From: Callorhinchus milii
Lineage: Eukaryota
Length of the DNA stretch: 52,267 nt
NCBI RefSeq assembly: GCF_018977255.1
Contig: NW_024705352.1
Location: forward strand, 1-52,267
Direction: 5' to 3'
The notes below the pieces were generated by a model that saw only the letters and a program-made list of their open reading frames with translations, ran no database searches and was not told the DNA's origin. Positions within the stretch are counted from its first letter, which is position 1, and every line of letters starts with the position of its first letter. A program made the translations under genes and the position numbers. This document shows, piece after piece, positions 11,466 to 25,100 of this stretch.

Positions 11466-12296
11466 CACACCCACACACGAGCGCACATGGGGATGATTTT
11501 CAAGTTGGACAGGTATGTAGCCAATAGGTTCCATGTCAAGTAGCCAGGGGAACCAATGTAACGATTGAGATGGCACAGAAAATGGATTCCCCTCTGACCT
11601 CACCGCCGCCTGTGGAGAAAGTTGACGGAAGATGCCTCATTTGCTCCCTATAGTCGATCATTCGACACCCATGTGCTCATCCACGCGCTCACCCACACAC
11701 TCACCCACGCCCATGCACACAGCATGTGACATTTGTACAAAAAATAGTTTGGCGATCTTTCCATTAGAAAAAAGTTGATAGAGCTTTGTTAAACCACAGC
11801 GCTACGTATGTTTGGGCCACAACCACATTGTGCCAACATATGGACAGACTTTTTAAGAATATGGAGCTGATAATTATGAATTTGTCCTCTGACGCATGCA
11901 GCGCTGACGAATGCACTAGGGGTTCTATCATGTGCATTGTGCCATACCATGTTGCTTCAGGAATGATCTCCAGATTGCTCAGATTCCTAGGATGCTTTAA
12001 TATAAATCATGACCTTCACCATTGTCCATATGACTCTGTAGTTCACCCAGAGAATTCCATTTGGGGGTCAGCTATAGGGGCGGGCATAATATTTAGGCAA
12101 GAGCACTCCCCTAGCATACACGTAAACACACACACAATGTACACTTTATAGGACCGTGGATATGACCTTGCAGACCTAGTCATTTTGAAGGACCCACTCA
12201 AGGTGCATATTACACACACTCTCTCTCCAACACACCATCATATTATCACACTCTCTATGTCATGCACGCATCGTGTTTCACGCACACACGTAGACG

Positions 12297-12586
12297 TTAA
12301 GATACAATGATCCCCCGTATAGCCTTTTGGGGCAAGTTTTGTTAGCAAGCACCGATAAAGGTCGATATTGCACGCGAGGAGGTGGATAGCCAGCACCACG
12401 CCCGGCATTCTTTGTCTCCTTAGTGGAATTTTACACATCGCACGACGTGCTCATATAAGGTTGAGTTGATCTAGGGGAGGCCCATGACTGGATCAGATAA
12501 TTGTTACCTGTTCTGGCCGTGAGCGGGAATCGAACTCAGATTGCCCGGTTTGTAGTGCAGTGCGCTAACCGCTATACTATCGCCCC
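12297..12586 (-). mobile_element. tRNA-derived SINE (family A), full length
   Basis: Minus strand GGGGCGATAGTATAGCGG (A box), GAGTTCGATTCC (B box, 12526-12537); body shared with three other copies. Confidence 0.85.
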
Positions 12587-12600
12587 TACATATACGTACA

Positions 12601-12812
12601 AAATACAAAGATACCGCTATAGCCTTAACATACCTTTGGGGCAAGCGCTATCAGCAAGCACCTACGAAGGCCGGCACGGAACACGAGGAGTAGGTGGCCA
12701 ACACCACGCCCGACCTCCCTGGTCTCGCCAGTTATGATGTTTACACTCCGCACCACGTACTCATTTGAGGCTGAGTCGACCTAGGGGAGGCCCAGGACTG
12801 GTTGAGATAACT
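12601..12812 (-). mobile_element. SINE family A copy lacking tRNA head
   Basis: gtcgactcagcctcaaatgagtac..ggcgtggtgttggccacc body matching 40075-40290. Confidence 0.8.
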
Positions 12813-12917
12813 TATTTTGCACCGTACGTAGCCAACCGCGCTAATAATGATACACACACTTATATTTTTTTTATATAGATTACACACAAAAGTACAAGTG
12901 CAGGAATATATTTTTAA

Positions 12918-13146
12918 AATAAAATAAATCACGACGTTTCGATCGCAATACAAGCGGTCGTCTTCAGGCGTAAAAAATATAATCCAGCAGTGAAACTGCT
13001 GAACTAGCGAGTTCAGCAGTTCCACTGCTGGATTATATTTTTGCGATCGAAACGTCGTGATTTATTTTAATCTATACCTACGTGACTTTACGGAAAAACA
13101 AAAGAGTATGGATTCCTGCAGTCACGAATGCTACAAATCAAGATTT
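12918..13146 (+). mobile_element. Miniature PLE fold-back element
   Basis: Central hairpin ~12973-13041; inverted hammerhead segments; 3' stem-loop/tail motif; TSD AATATATTTTTAA at 12905-12917 and 13147-13159. Confidence 0.85.
12930..12970 (-). ncRNA. Minimal hammerhead ribozyme
   Basis: Minus strand cgc-CTGAAGA-cgaccgc-ttgtatt-gcgatc-GAAACGTC-gtg. Confidence 0.7.
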
Positions 13147-13346
13147 AATATATTTTTAATATACTTTTATCAAATCTGACTACCAAGTTGTAATTTCAAT
13201 CGTTTGAATCCACAATGTACGAGGTGCATTTGCATCCCATAACAGATGAGATGCCTTCCTCTTGTATTTTTGATGATGTAGGACGGTTTGTGCTCATAGG
13301 AGAGTTGTTAGTGCAGTAACTACAAACAGATTAATTAACCATAAAC

Positions 13347-13587
13347 CATATTCTTGGTTCTTTCGGTAAAGTCACATAGAAGAGAAATAATAAAATAATA
13401 AAAATTAAAGAAAATTGTGATTTTCTTGCTGTGGTTTTCACACCTGATGATGATTACTTGTGTTGCAATCGAAACGTTGTGAGAATTGTATTGTTTTATT
13501 TGTATTATTTTATTATTTCCCTTCTACATGACTTTACCGAAATAACCAAGAATATGTTTCCCTGCAGTCACGAAAGCTTTAAATCGA
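13347..13587 (+). mobile_element. Miniature PLE fold-back element
   Basis: Inverted arms ~13347-13400 / ~13500-13556; tail to 13587; TSD AACCATAAAC at 13337-13346 and 13588-13597. Confidence 0.88.
13441..13481 (+). ncRNA. Minimal hammerhead ribozyme
   Basis: cac-CTGATGA-tgattac-ttgtgtt-gcaatc-GAAACGTT-gtg. Confidence 0.7.
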
Positions 13588-14794
13588 AACCATAAACTAG
13601 GTCACTTTGAGTGAGTCAACAACACATTTAAGCACCATCAATGTGAGACTAATGACCATTATTTGTTTGAGTAGGTGACAGCCCATTGAGATTCAATATC
13701 TCTTTTTAATCGGATCCAAAGTTTTACTATTTACGTATTGAGTTATCACATTGTTATTGCCATTGGTCTCTGAGCACTGGAGACAGAAAAGCCCCTGCCA
13801 CGTGAACGTGGAATGGCAGAAACCCTCGAACAGCAGTATTCGCAAGAATAGACCATTGTTTACTGGTGTCACTTCAAAAACCACATGCAGCTGTATATAC
13901 AACATTGGTGCCTGCTCTAAAAACTAAAGTGCCTAGAGCCAGCTTTGGAAGTTCCATATTGCTATGACAGGGACCAATCAATAGCACAACCATTCAACTT
14001 CCCATTGAGAGGTGCTCACTTTATTAAGTCTGGAGGAATGATGAGCTGAGTCAACTGCTGAACCACGATTTCAACTTTTTGTGATTGTGAATCCAGCTGG
14101 CTCACATATCTGTATGTGTTACACATAGAATATGTGAGACAATATCTGAAAAAAAAAATCTGGAGTTTTAGATGTGCTTCTTTGGATTGCCGGACACTTA
14201 CGGTTTCCTATAGATGAGAAAGTAATGTGCGGCGAGCATGGATTGCATGAAGAAAATATTCCTTCATTGAAACTTGAAATTGTGCAGGCTGATGTATTAA
14301 ATAACACATGCGCTGCCTCCTGACACACGTGAATTTTTGAATTTGTGTAAGAGTTGCAAGAATATTCTACTATTGTGCTATCTCTGCGCCATCTATATTC
14401 ATTATGGGTAAACAAATGAGTTCTTATATTAATCCTCACAGCCCCTTCAACGAACAAATCAATCTTATTTTGAAATACTATATTAGCTCAAAAAACATTG
14501 CAGGTCAAATTTGATCTTCACATAGCTTTTGCATTATACTTGTACAGCGGTTAGTACATTTGAAATGAGGCTGACTGTGCGAAATGGCATTGAAAGAGAG
14601 CTTTTGGCTCAGTTAAATTAGATTTTCTGTACTGTATTACAATGGGTGTGAAAAAATATATAAATAACAAGGGAAAAAGGCAAACAAATTCATCAGTGAG
14701 CAATAACTAGCGTAGAGTGCGATTTTTGGAGCAGAGCCCGGTGCTTAGAATGATGTGTGAGGAGGTGGCTGGATAGCTTGTGGGGCTAAGAAAA

Positions 14795-15096
14795 GGGTGC
14801 CGTGGTGTGTCGGGGATGTTAAGTACCTCGCCTGGTATACAGGAGGTTGTGAGTGTGATCCCGACCCTGACGCCCACTATATACTTGGAGTTTTTCACGT
14901 TCTCCCTTTGTTCGCGTGGATTTTTGTCTAGGTCCTTCAATTTCTTCCCTCCACATTTAGAAACATGCCTTTAGAGTATTTGGCTGCTATAAATTTACAC
15001 ATGATAAGCCCACTTCATTGAGCAATCATTTGTGGCCAGGTTGCTTCTTAAAAAGATCGATATCGCTCACTGGGTTCTCCCTGGTAAAATCGAATA
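14795..15096 (+). mobile_element. V-SINE-like tRNA-derived SINE
   Basis: ggagtttttcacgttctccc core; collinear over ~300 bp with the reverse complement of 47083-47375. Confidence 0.8.
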
Positions 15097-15161
15097 GTTT
15101 AGTTTATACTCTTTGGTTCTTTCGGTAAAGTCACGTAGGTAGAAAATAAAATAAAATAGAT

Positions 15162-15202
15162 CACGATGTTTCGGGCGCAATACAAGCGTCCCTCATCAGG
15201 TG
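15162..15202 (-). ncRNA. Minimal hammerhead ribozyme
   Basis: Minus strand cac-CTGATGA-gggacgc-ttgtatt-gcgccc-GAAACATC-gtg. Confidence 0.7.
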
Positions 15203-15390
15203 GGAAAGCATGGTCTGCTGCTGATGCAGACTATTTTAACAGGTTTGAAATGGGTGTAGCCCAAGGATCATAAAGAAGTGGCTGGGTCTAGTAATGTTAA
15301 TGTGAGAAATTAGCGTGTAACTGGGTACGGAAGTGGCTATGTTCATGTGAGAGATTAGCATGATGTTAATGTGAGGAATTAGCATGTAAC

Positions 15391-16083
15391 TATCTAAAGC
15401 CTGATTCCCACCACCATCCAGCCCAGAAGAATTCCCTCATCAAAACACTAAACCATAGGGCCCGTTGCATCTCCGACCAGCACCACCTAGCTAGTGAGTT
15501 GGAGCACGTAACCAATCCCTCAGGATGAACGGATACTCGGACCGTACAATCTGCAAAACTGCCTCCCCAGCCATGGGGAGACAACCTTCTGAGGAGCCAA
15601 CCAAAACCATCACTTTGCCATACATAGCAGGCGTTACCAAAAAATATTTCTAAAATCTTAAACAAACACAGGATCCACGTTGGTTTCAACACAGTACACA
15701 AAATCCGTGATCTAATACCATCTGTAAAGGATGTGATTCCTGCCATGCAGTACCCTGGTGTTTACAAACTGAGTTGTGGTTGTGGAAGCAGTTACATTGG
15801 AGAAATTAAACGACATATCTCGGACCGCGTTCGTGAACACAAGGCAGATCTGAAACACGGTAGGACCAATACATCGGCCGTTGCCGATCATTGTTTTAAC
15901 GCTGTGGGCTCACACGAAATTGATTTTTCCAAGACGGAGGTACTCTGCAAACCTAGCGGCTACCTTCAGAGATTTGTTCATGAAGCCATCCAGATATATA
16001 AACACAGACACAACTTCAACCGAGATGATGGGTACAATCTGAGCAATAATTGGAAGGATGTTATTAACCAGGTAAAGTCTTAA
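15391..16083 (+). pseudogene. PLE ORF C-terminus (RT thumb, linker, GIY-YIG endonuclease), two frameshifts
   Basis: YLKPDSHHHPAQKNSLIKTLNHRA..EL / QSLRMNGY..LPYIAGVT / ..PGVYKLSCGCGSSYIGE..R..EH..AVADH..EAIQI..NFNRDDG; these motifs are typical of Penelope/Poseidon ORFs; shifts near 15512 and 15640. Confidence 0.93.
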
Positions 16084-16100
16084 CTAACTGTGATGTTTCC

Positions 16101-16130
16101 NNNNNNNNNNNNNNNNNNNNNNNNNNNNNN
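16101..16130. other. Assembly gap (30 N)
   Basis: Run of n. Confidence 1.
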
Positions 16131-19100
16131 GGGAGTATATTGCTCAATGTTGTGACCGTCAAATAATTTGTCCAATGCGGTGTCTAGGGGGTCAGATTCT
16201 TTTCAGGCTGGGAGCAAACGACATGCATTGCCGGAGAATGGGTCAGGGGTCCGCCAGCATGGTTTGATCATGCGGGCCTGGGCAACCACAGGAGCGGTTA
16301 TCGCAAAACTCAACTCGCGTTGCGGGTTAGGTTCCTTGGTGGTGGCTGACTAACAGTAAAGGAATTAACATATCTCATAATTGCGCCGACCGAAAAGACG
16401 CTATTTTAATATGGCGATACGACGGCACGGGTTGGTTGCAGGATGCAGCGCTGCAACGTAACGCCCAAAATCCAATGAACCTCATAACGTGTCGGCTCTC
16501 TCGGCGACTCTTAACACCCTGTTGTGGTTTAAGCTGAACGCTTCCGGTGGGTGAAGCGGCTCGCTACTATAAAATAATTTGCGCACCTGATAGACGTTTC
16601 CGACTACTAGTATGCAGTGAGCATGTCCCTGCCAGCGAAAAGCCAAATCCATGGGTAAGATAAGAAAGCGCCCAGAGCACACATCCGAGGGAGACGACAA
16701 GTCCTGTCAGCCAACAATCCCAACCAAACCGTGAACGGATTTAAGTGAACTTATCCATGGATTCTTAGAGGCATATTCACTACCGTCGCTCGTAAAATTC
16801 AAAAAGGCCTCGCGTTGACCACCATGTCTCCTCCTCATTATGGATCTAGAATTCTGTGGGCCCCGCTTTGGAAATAGACTAAAAATCGCACCTTAGAGAC
16901 ACAGCTCGCACACGGCAGAGGGGGGCGGCCTGAACGGGGTACGATTGATTGCGAGCTCATACTCACTCTCTATAACCATAACCCCTGGAAGTCTCGGTTC
17001 GTCATTAAGCCCATGCTTTTTGTAAGCAAACAGACACGGATTTATCTCACACTTCATGGTAGTTTAAAGTTTAGTAGGTTTGTAGAAAAAATATGCATCC
17101 TATAGCGGACCATAGAAGATAACCATGGAACGGTTATTGGGTGAAAGGCCTATGTATTTTCCCGAAATGGTAGGGGCTAGCTGTGCGCGCGGAGTGGGTA
17201 CTGACAACTAATACATGCGACAGTAATCAACCTTGTACGCTTTCTGTTGTACTTCATTTACCCTTCAGGTGGATTGGGCATGTCGAAGTAGGACTGTATT
17301 TCCGCTAGCGCGCTCCGAAGTTGCTTTCTGTATGCTATCACTTGTATGATAATCGGATTGACCCCATAATATGCACTGTACTTAAAGCAGCTTAGAAGGA
17401 TCGTAGGTACCACTGTGATTGAGTTATAGCGGGACAATTCAGATCGCTTACAAGCAACATCATCTTGGAGTTCAACTATACTTGTCATTGTCGAACGATT
17501 TAACGACCCGACCGATAACTTGAGCTTCTGGCTAAAAATCAAGTATATGCCAACTTCTCTAAATCATCATAGATGGCCCGCGGATCGACGAAGACTGGGC
17601 ATTGTCCGCGTGGTGCAAGAGACAAACGCTCTTTCCATTAACGCCGCGGGCCTCGTCGCGCCCAAGTATGTATACGATGAACAGAGTGAACCGTTGCTCC
17701 GCCGATTGAAGTGATCAGTAGTTAGGACGGTCCGTTCCGTCGTCGTTCGCCTTGGCTGAAAAAGCCGACAATGTTAATACAAGTATTCAGTTACGTAGAT
17801 CGATCGCCACGTCACTCGCGCTCACTTTCGGCAACTTGTCAGAGAACTTAATAGCTGGCGGAAACACGATGCTAAACACATAAATACATGCCGTAGTAAC
17901 GTTGAAGTTAGGTGGCCAAATCGCGACCCCCAACGGTTAGGAGAGATGAGCGCCGTGTTCGACCTGCCCCGATCCTAATCCGAACATTAATCTTTGTTTT
18001 GAGGAAACAGCGGCGTGGTGTGGGTGGTTTGCTGCCTATTCTAGGTTGCGTAGCCAACGAGTTACAGTAGGTGCAGCATCATTAGCGCGTAGCTGTGCAT
18101 TTCAGATTCCTACTTAACCAACATTAAATCTCTTATCCGGCCAGTCGCGCTACGTATATGTATCATGGGCCACTTTGTGTCGGTTTCGCTAGGCTTACTA
18201 TAATCACGTCATATTCGGTAGTCGATAATAGTTAACGGGGAATAGTCGTTAGTGACGGGTGAAGGTCGTTGCTGCCCTGAAACTTAATGTCCCCTTTTAT
18301 GGATAGCTCGCCTTCTGGGGTACACCGTCATTGATCCAATGATGTCTTCCGCGGGAAGCGGCGCTACAGATCGGCGTCTATGTTAAGGGACCCCCGCGGA
18401 TCTTGGTAGCATCTTCTCGGCAAAGCGGGTCTCCCTGCAAATGTAAAAACTTAATGGGCCACGGGGATCACAAGGGTGGTGCGAGTTATGGTTTTCAGGA
18501 GGGTCTAATTTATAGGGTATTCACGCGGCTGGTTAAGACGCTTTGATACTAGAACGCGCTAGAGGTGTAATGACAGTAGCCTTTAGTATATTCTAATTGA
18601 CAGTTTGGAGACAGTCTGTATGAAACACCGACAACTGTGGTTGGAGCAGGTGTAGTTCTCAGCAAAAAATATAACCCGTGAGGAGGCGGGGCCGGAGAGC
18701 AGCAAGTTTTGGCTTGTCTATTCCAAGACCACACAATGAATGTCTACTTATCCCGCGTGACGCCGAGCTGTCTAGCGCAGACCCGTTACGTTTCGTTTTG
18801 GGATGTAGTGTTCGATAAACGACTAAGGCCTCGACGCAAGCCTGTCTAGATTCTTGCATGGGGAAACTAGCCAAGAATGGGACATCCGATGACACTATTT
18901 CTTGAACTGCAGGATCTATTAGAGCGAAGATTCAACCGCCTTGGGATTCAGATAAAACTTGAGGTAGTGCATAGGTCCGGGTAGGGGTTCACTTGTGATT
19001 CCTCCTGACTAACCTATGTTCAGTCAGTACGGTATTCGAGAAAGCTACGCGCGTTCCTCCAGCGACCCGACTATAATTGCGACATAGCGCGGCCGTCAAA

Positions 19101-22100
19101 GTTACTTTGGGGGTACGGACACACCCCAGAAGTTTAATCAGGTTATGAGACGGAGAACTGTTATCCCTCGACTTGGGTAGAGCCCAAACATTGGCTCCTT
19201 GCAGTGTCCGAAAAGCCAGCAGCACTCGCCTTCTTTTGTAGGTATCACAAAATTACACATAGCAATTGGTATTGCCCATCCCGACAATCAAACACCTGTA
19301 GCGGAAAGCCAGAGTAATCGTCTGCCTCCGTTCTTAAACGCCGGGCTTGTCAATTTCTTTAACGAATACCGGTCAGAACCGTCGCCCTCGCCGAAAAGGG
19401 TCTATCAGGTGGTGATCTCAGGCCATGGTGCAAAAACGGTGTCCGTGGAAACTTGCAAACGCATGCGAATATTGCCGTCTGAGCGCTAAGGTCAACGTGG
19501 GCTATTCAGAATTGAATGCTCTCAATGGTAGAGTCCTGGTAAAATAGTCTTTTCTGAATACGTTGTACTCGTTAGTGACTAATGCTTTGATCGCTGGTCA
19601 AATACTTCTTTATACCGGTGCCATGGCATCCAGGGCAATGTGCATGGCCATGCGAATCCCAGTAATAAGGCGGATTAGGGCGAACCTGTGATAAACGGGC
19701 CCTTCGTAACCCCTCAACTTCGTCATGACAACTGGAGGTGTTCAAAAGTGTCGCATACGAGTGCTGTAGACAGCAGGCGACAACACCCGCATGTTAGCTG
19801 CTGGAGAGCAATCTAAGACTACATCTTAGCGGACCGAGACTTGTTATCAGGCTGTCTATCGGTTGTCTATAATTGTGGACAACAATGATTCTGTTGTGGA
19901 CACCCCCCCTACTTCCCCTTGTTCCTCAGTCCCCGCGGATATTCTCTATGTGCAGACTCGGGCACTCAAATGGGACGTCATAACCTTTGCGTCCGAGACA
20001 AAGTACATTCACATTGTTTAAAATATAGCCCAGTTCACAAAGGAATGCTTATTCTTCGATGCGCCGATGCTAATGTGACCTACGGAGGTTTTATAGGACG
20101 ATACGAGAGCTTTGCGAACGACGCGAGGCGGTAGAGGTGACCGGATGTAAGAGGCAACCCGTCAGTAATCTGCGTGCGTCACACTCATAGCGCTAACGCG
20201 AAAATGTAGCGGTCTAATATACAATTCGGCCTTATATATCCGAAAGAGAGGCTTGCGCAGTTCGCCAGATATGCTGAATGACAAATTTATGGAGGGAAAA
20301 TGGATCTCACAATGCTTGTAACGACGGGCACTTGAAGTGAATCCTGACCGGTCCATTTATGTAATACCCATAGGGGGGTCAGGCGGCTTACTAACTCGAG
20401 TGAGGACTTGCATTATACTAAGGTAACCTTAGTGGGTACAGGAAGATTACCATAAGCCCGCTGACTCAATGAGTAAGTACGTGATGCGCCGCGTCTACAA
20501 GGTTCCACTTCGCATACATGACGTCATGAAGTTATCGCAAGAAAGCGGGGTGCAGCCGATTAATTCTGGAAGCGTACGCTCTGCGGCACGCCACTCATGC
20601 CCGCCCTAACTTCAATTCGTCGTTTAGGTCAGCACTGGGTCGCATAAAAGTTACTACGTACTTGCTCCGGCGATCAGCCGGGGTGTAAGGAGGAAGCAAG
20701 GAGCCAATTTTCTCACGGCTGTATTAGAGAACCAACTACATTTCACAACATCTGATGCAGCGTTAGTTAGGTACCTACATTGAATTAGCTTGTAAGCTTA
20801 GAATAGGGCCCCACAATCTTTAGTCTCGCATCGAATGGGCTTATAGTCAGGTACCCGATACACCACCCTGTGAGGCCTAACAGGACAGCAAGAGTCAGCG
20901 TAGCCGTAAACCCCTCGAACAGTGTGCATCGTCGCTGCACTTGTGCTCTCTGGAGGTAGTGTTGTGCGGGATTATAACTAGCCTCATGGTCCGCTGGAAG
21001 GGCGACAGGCCTGCGTGTCCACCCATATCTCTCCATGCAACCTGTGAACTTGACCCGAACCGCCGTCAGTAGAAAGTAGCCTATCAAGGAAGCTCATAAT
21101 CGTTCTGATGCAGAGAAAATGGCTTCAGCGGGGGGTCCGGGTCTTCGTACACCCCAGAGCGTGTTTTGGCAAGGTTAACTGTGGTTACCAAGTAAGGCTG
21201 CGTGTTGATGGCGCACCTCCTGATCTATGCCTAACGGACTCAGCTTCCGGCGAACCGGGCATCTAATAATTATCTCTCCGTACTAAGTCTGCCTGAAAAA
21301 AAGTGCCGCTAAACCGAAGTAGAACACCAGTTCGTGCCACCGTTTCCTAGTGCAGAGATCTGTCGACTGTCACATCATACTTCCGAGAAATGACTATAAC
21401 GTTCAATGGATCTCATCTCATACATCGATACAGGCTACTAGTCTTATCTAAGATCTGAGAACTGGAACCGTTTTAAGCAGGGGGGCACTTGCGGCCGACC
21501 GGGAAATCAATTACGTCCAGCTGATCGGCTTGAGGGAACGCCGGAGTAATAAATGCACGTAGGGCAATGCACTGCGGAAGAAACCTTTGTTGCCTTGAGT
21601 ACAAGTTAGCCCTGATCGACTGAGCAAAGGCTGGACGAACAAACTACGCTGAGTGTTTTGTAAGTTATACGAAGTCAAACTTTGCGGAGTTTCTGAGTTG
21701 ATAGCGGATGTAAAGGTCATACGCAGAATTCACAAGATTGCGCCATAGACATCCGGTGTACGAAGGCTGCCGTCTATAATGTCGTGTACATCATCCAGGT
21801 CTGAAGCATGTCTAAACTCTTAAGGTCTTCCGAAAAATGGCGATATTGAAATTAATTATATCTCATTCAGACGAGTACTCAAGAAGTTAGGCTACTTGGT
21901 TGTCGTTGATATTATGAATCTGTCCTCGTACCGAGTTCCCAGGCACATAGCGCTTTGAACGACCAACTCTCCGAAATCGGCCATTCAGAGCAGGGCACAA
22001 TATCGGGTACATACGGATGAGTGTACGGTCGATCACTATACTGTGAAGTTACAACAACGAATCTGTTCGGTGGTGCGTAATTGGTTGCACCGGTGCATGA

Positions 22101-25100
22101 GTCCGGTGTCTCTCCGCGCACATGGCGTTCGTAGTGACGAACCCGACTTATTCTGCATCCCACTCGCGTATACAATGTCCTTCCGTATGCGGGGTTGCTT
22201 AAATGATTATGCGAAAAGACACAGTTTCAGCAGTTTTAGTAACCCAACATTTCAAATGTAGTCGAGGCTAATATCACTGCTTTCCGTTCAAACCTATACC
22301 AGCTGCAGTATACTAGTGGACCCTTAGTGGATAATCGGACTACACGGACTTTGTGCAGTGGTAGATTTGGCCGGCGAGGAACCTGTACGTCACTGAGGGT
22401 TGGATGGAGCTAGTAACTCTTGTCATAGTCATTTCAGTCGGAGCGCGGTCCAATGACTACTTCACGTTAACGAAAACCTAGAGGCACGCGCAGCCACATC
22501 CGATAGCTTCGTCGAACAGAGCCTGAACACGTCTCTTTAGTGGGCCCGACCGTACGCACACTCTATGAGGTTAAGCATAAGCGTGATGCGGTGTGCCAGC
22601 AGGGACCGTAAGTATAGAACTGCATCCCTCAAGCTTCTCAAGCGTGAATTCAATGTGCTACCATATTCACTACGAGCTGCATTCATCACTACCATGCACC
22701 ATCGCTCTGACGGTGCCAAGATACCGAGCTAACGGATCTGGTGTGGCCGGGCACTAGCTGGCTGGCCTATCCTTGTGCAGCTGGTTTGGATATCCTCAAC
22801 AAAGGAGCTTGACCCAAGCGTATCTTGCCGGATAAGTGAGCATGCGGTTGATCAGAAAGTTTCTAGTTCAAGCGGATCGGACATAGAAACGATGAGCCAT
22901 GGGTCGCCACCGATGATAGTTTTGCTGACAAGTCTGCAAATGCTCATATTAACAAAGAGTCAAGAGCAACTCCGTGTATTCGAAAGTAAAGAAACTGCCG
23001 TTAGTACGTCGACGCGATCGCAGAAAAGGACAGAGGGTGCAGGTGGTGAGCATTCCAAGGATCACATAGCTACTAATCCAGTATGGTGGACGTAAAGGAA
23101 ATAATATGAAATGAGGCTATTCCGCAGTGGAACCTCATTCTTAGCACTACGGTAGCACCAGTTGTAAAACTCCTCGCCATTCGCTCATAAAGCTTACCGA
23201 TTATTGGTAGCGTTGGCGTTACGCATTTATAATCTCTCGTTCTGAAAGCCTTATACGGCAGCAAACGATGCGCAGTCAGCGCGCATTTTTCGTCTTATGT
23301 CGGATAGTTCCTATTATCTGGAGACTAAGGGCCGGACGTCAGTAGATAATCTCACCCCCCAGGTGTAAGACAAAGTTTAGAATGTTGTTGGGCCGACGCA
23401 GGTGCTGTATTAGTTCAAACTTATGGAGGGTGGTAACAGGCGCACGCATCAACGTATTGAGACCAAAAATGGTTAGTGCCAGGAAATTATCCACGCCGGG
23501 ACATCACGTTGGATTGCAGGAACTATCTGCTGTTGTTACCTGTTGAAACTTTGTGGCTTTCCGACAAATGCTACCTGACCATCCGAGGTACATTGCCTTT
23601 ACCAGCCGGACGGTTCTGTAGTTAGGACCCCTTTTTACGTACCTGTCGTTGGGACCACATAAGCAGTCTAGCCGGGCAGGAATGACATGACTATCACAGC
23701 CCAGGCGGGTATAAATTTGACTCGCTTCAGGGAGGAGCTCAGAGTCAGCGCTGAAGCCGCCTCGTACAGTTCGGAAGTTTTAAGGAGGAAGAAATATTGG
23801 CCAAGATACCTCGCGTTACGAGGCGTAGGAGATTTTCGAGGGATTACTGTAACCCAAGGGTGCCGGGTTGGTATTGCTCGACATTTCGACGCTTTAATGG
23901 TGGTGCCATTTTGCCGGTTAGGTAACGGGGACAATCAACAGACCAGCCAAACCCCAATGACATCTAGAGCTACTCAGCGGGGGCCTGATTCGCCTATGCT
24001 CATGTAGTGCTTGTGCCCCTCATTAGCCTTACATGTGGGTTCTGTCCAGACTCTGTGTACGTTCGTGCTTGTTATATGGCATGGGCTCGACGGGGCAGGA
24101 AGGACTTTTGCGGAAACTCGGAGGTCTCCTAAACATGGTCGCTGCCCACGGGTCTCGCTCTGGCACCGCTATAACAACTTAGCCGCCTCTTAAATAATCT
24201 TCCATAGACGAGATCCATAACACTTCGAGGGATCCACTAGCGTCCCACAAGTTGGTCGGATGGTCTGTGTCCCACGGCTTTCACCCGGCATAAATAGAAC
24301 TAAGGACTGGCTGACCTCGGCCATGGAACCCAACAGGTAAGTATCCTTCTGACGGCTATCTCCTCTCATCCATTCTTGCACGCGTTTCACGATCCGATCG
24401 GCCATGTAGTATGCCTTACGGGGGATACTTTCGATAACGATTTGTCCTCGCGAACTTGAATAACCTTCAGAAGTTTGATACGGATCAAACTTCAGGCACC
24501 AAAGGGTCAGTTAGTCAGTCCTATAGTTATTCTAAGCTGCAGTTCGTGAATACTTGGATGGTGAACGTAAGCAAGGTGCATCGTACCCAATTAACATATG
24601 GGGAAGATTTTGCCATCGGGCTCCGGTTCGCCTGATGATCCGACTCAATCAGCACAGGGAGGAGAACACACGGTACACTTCCAATCGTTCAATAACCTCC
24701 ATTTATGGGGGTTCAACATCACCAAAATTACCGTCTTTGGCCGAGAGTATGAAGTGTTGGCTTCCCGTTGACTCATGAGCGTCTTGATCACCCTGGTGGC
24801 CTCTGACTAAGGGGGCTGAGAGAAACTAAACGAAATTGAATCCCCGCTTACGCAGCCCTATTCGTACGGGCATGCTCCCGCATAGACCGATGCAAGTCAC
24901 TAGGGCCATCTGGCTTAATACGCACTACCTTCTAAGCACGCGAACCATGACCCGCGTGAAGGGTATTACAACGGGCCTGGTAAGGTGGAAGCTCACCCCT
25001 CTTCCAACTAAACCGGACGTGGTGTCCCTTGACATTTCTAAAGAATGGAAGGCCATAGAGTTGGACCACAGCGCCGTATGTATACCGGCAAAGATGTGAT

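Larger units (their letters stand above)
15105..16100 (+). mobile_element. Penelope-like element: inverted pLTR followed by RT-thumb/GIY-YIG remnant, cut by assembly gap
   Basis: 15105-~15390 is a reverse-oriented pLTR with hammerhead; coding remnant 15391-16083. Confidence 0.92.

Noticed and set aside
12515..12586. tRNA gene
   Set aside because: A/B boxes present but it continues into a SINE body shared with other copies; no convincing cloverleaf.
16136..16148. atattgctcaa shared with ~39013-39023 as a possible TSD around the central block
   Set aside because: 11-bp AT-rich match that does not coincide with the apparent right boundary; compatible with chance.
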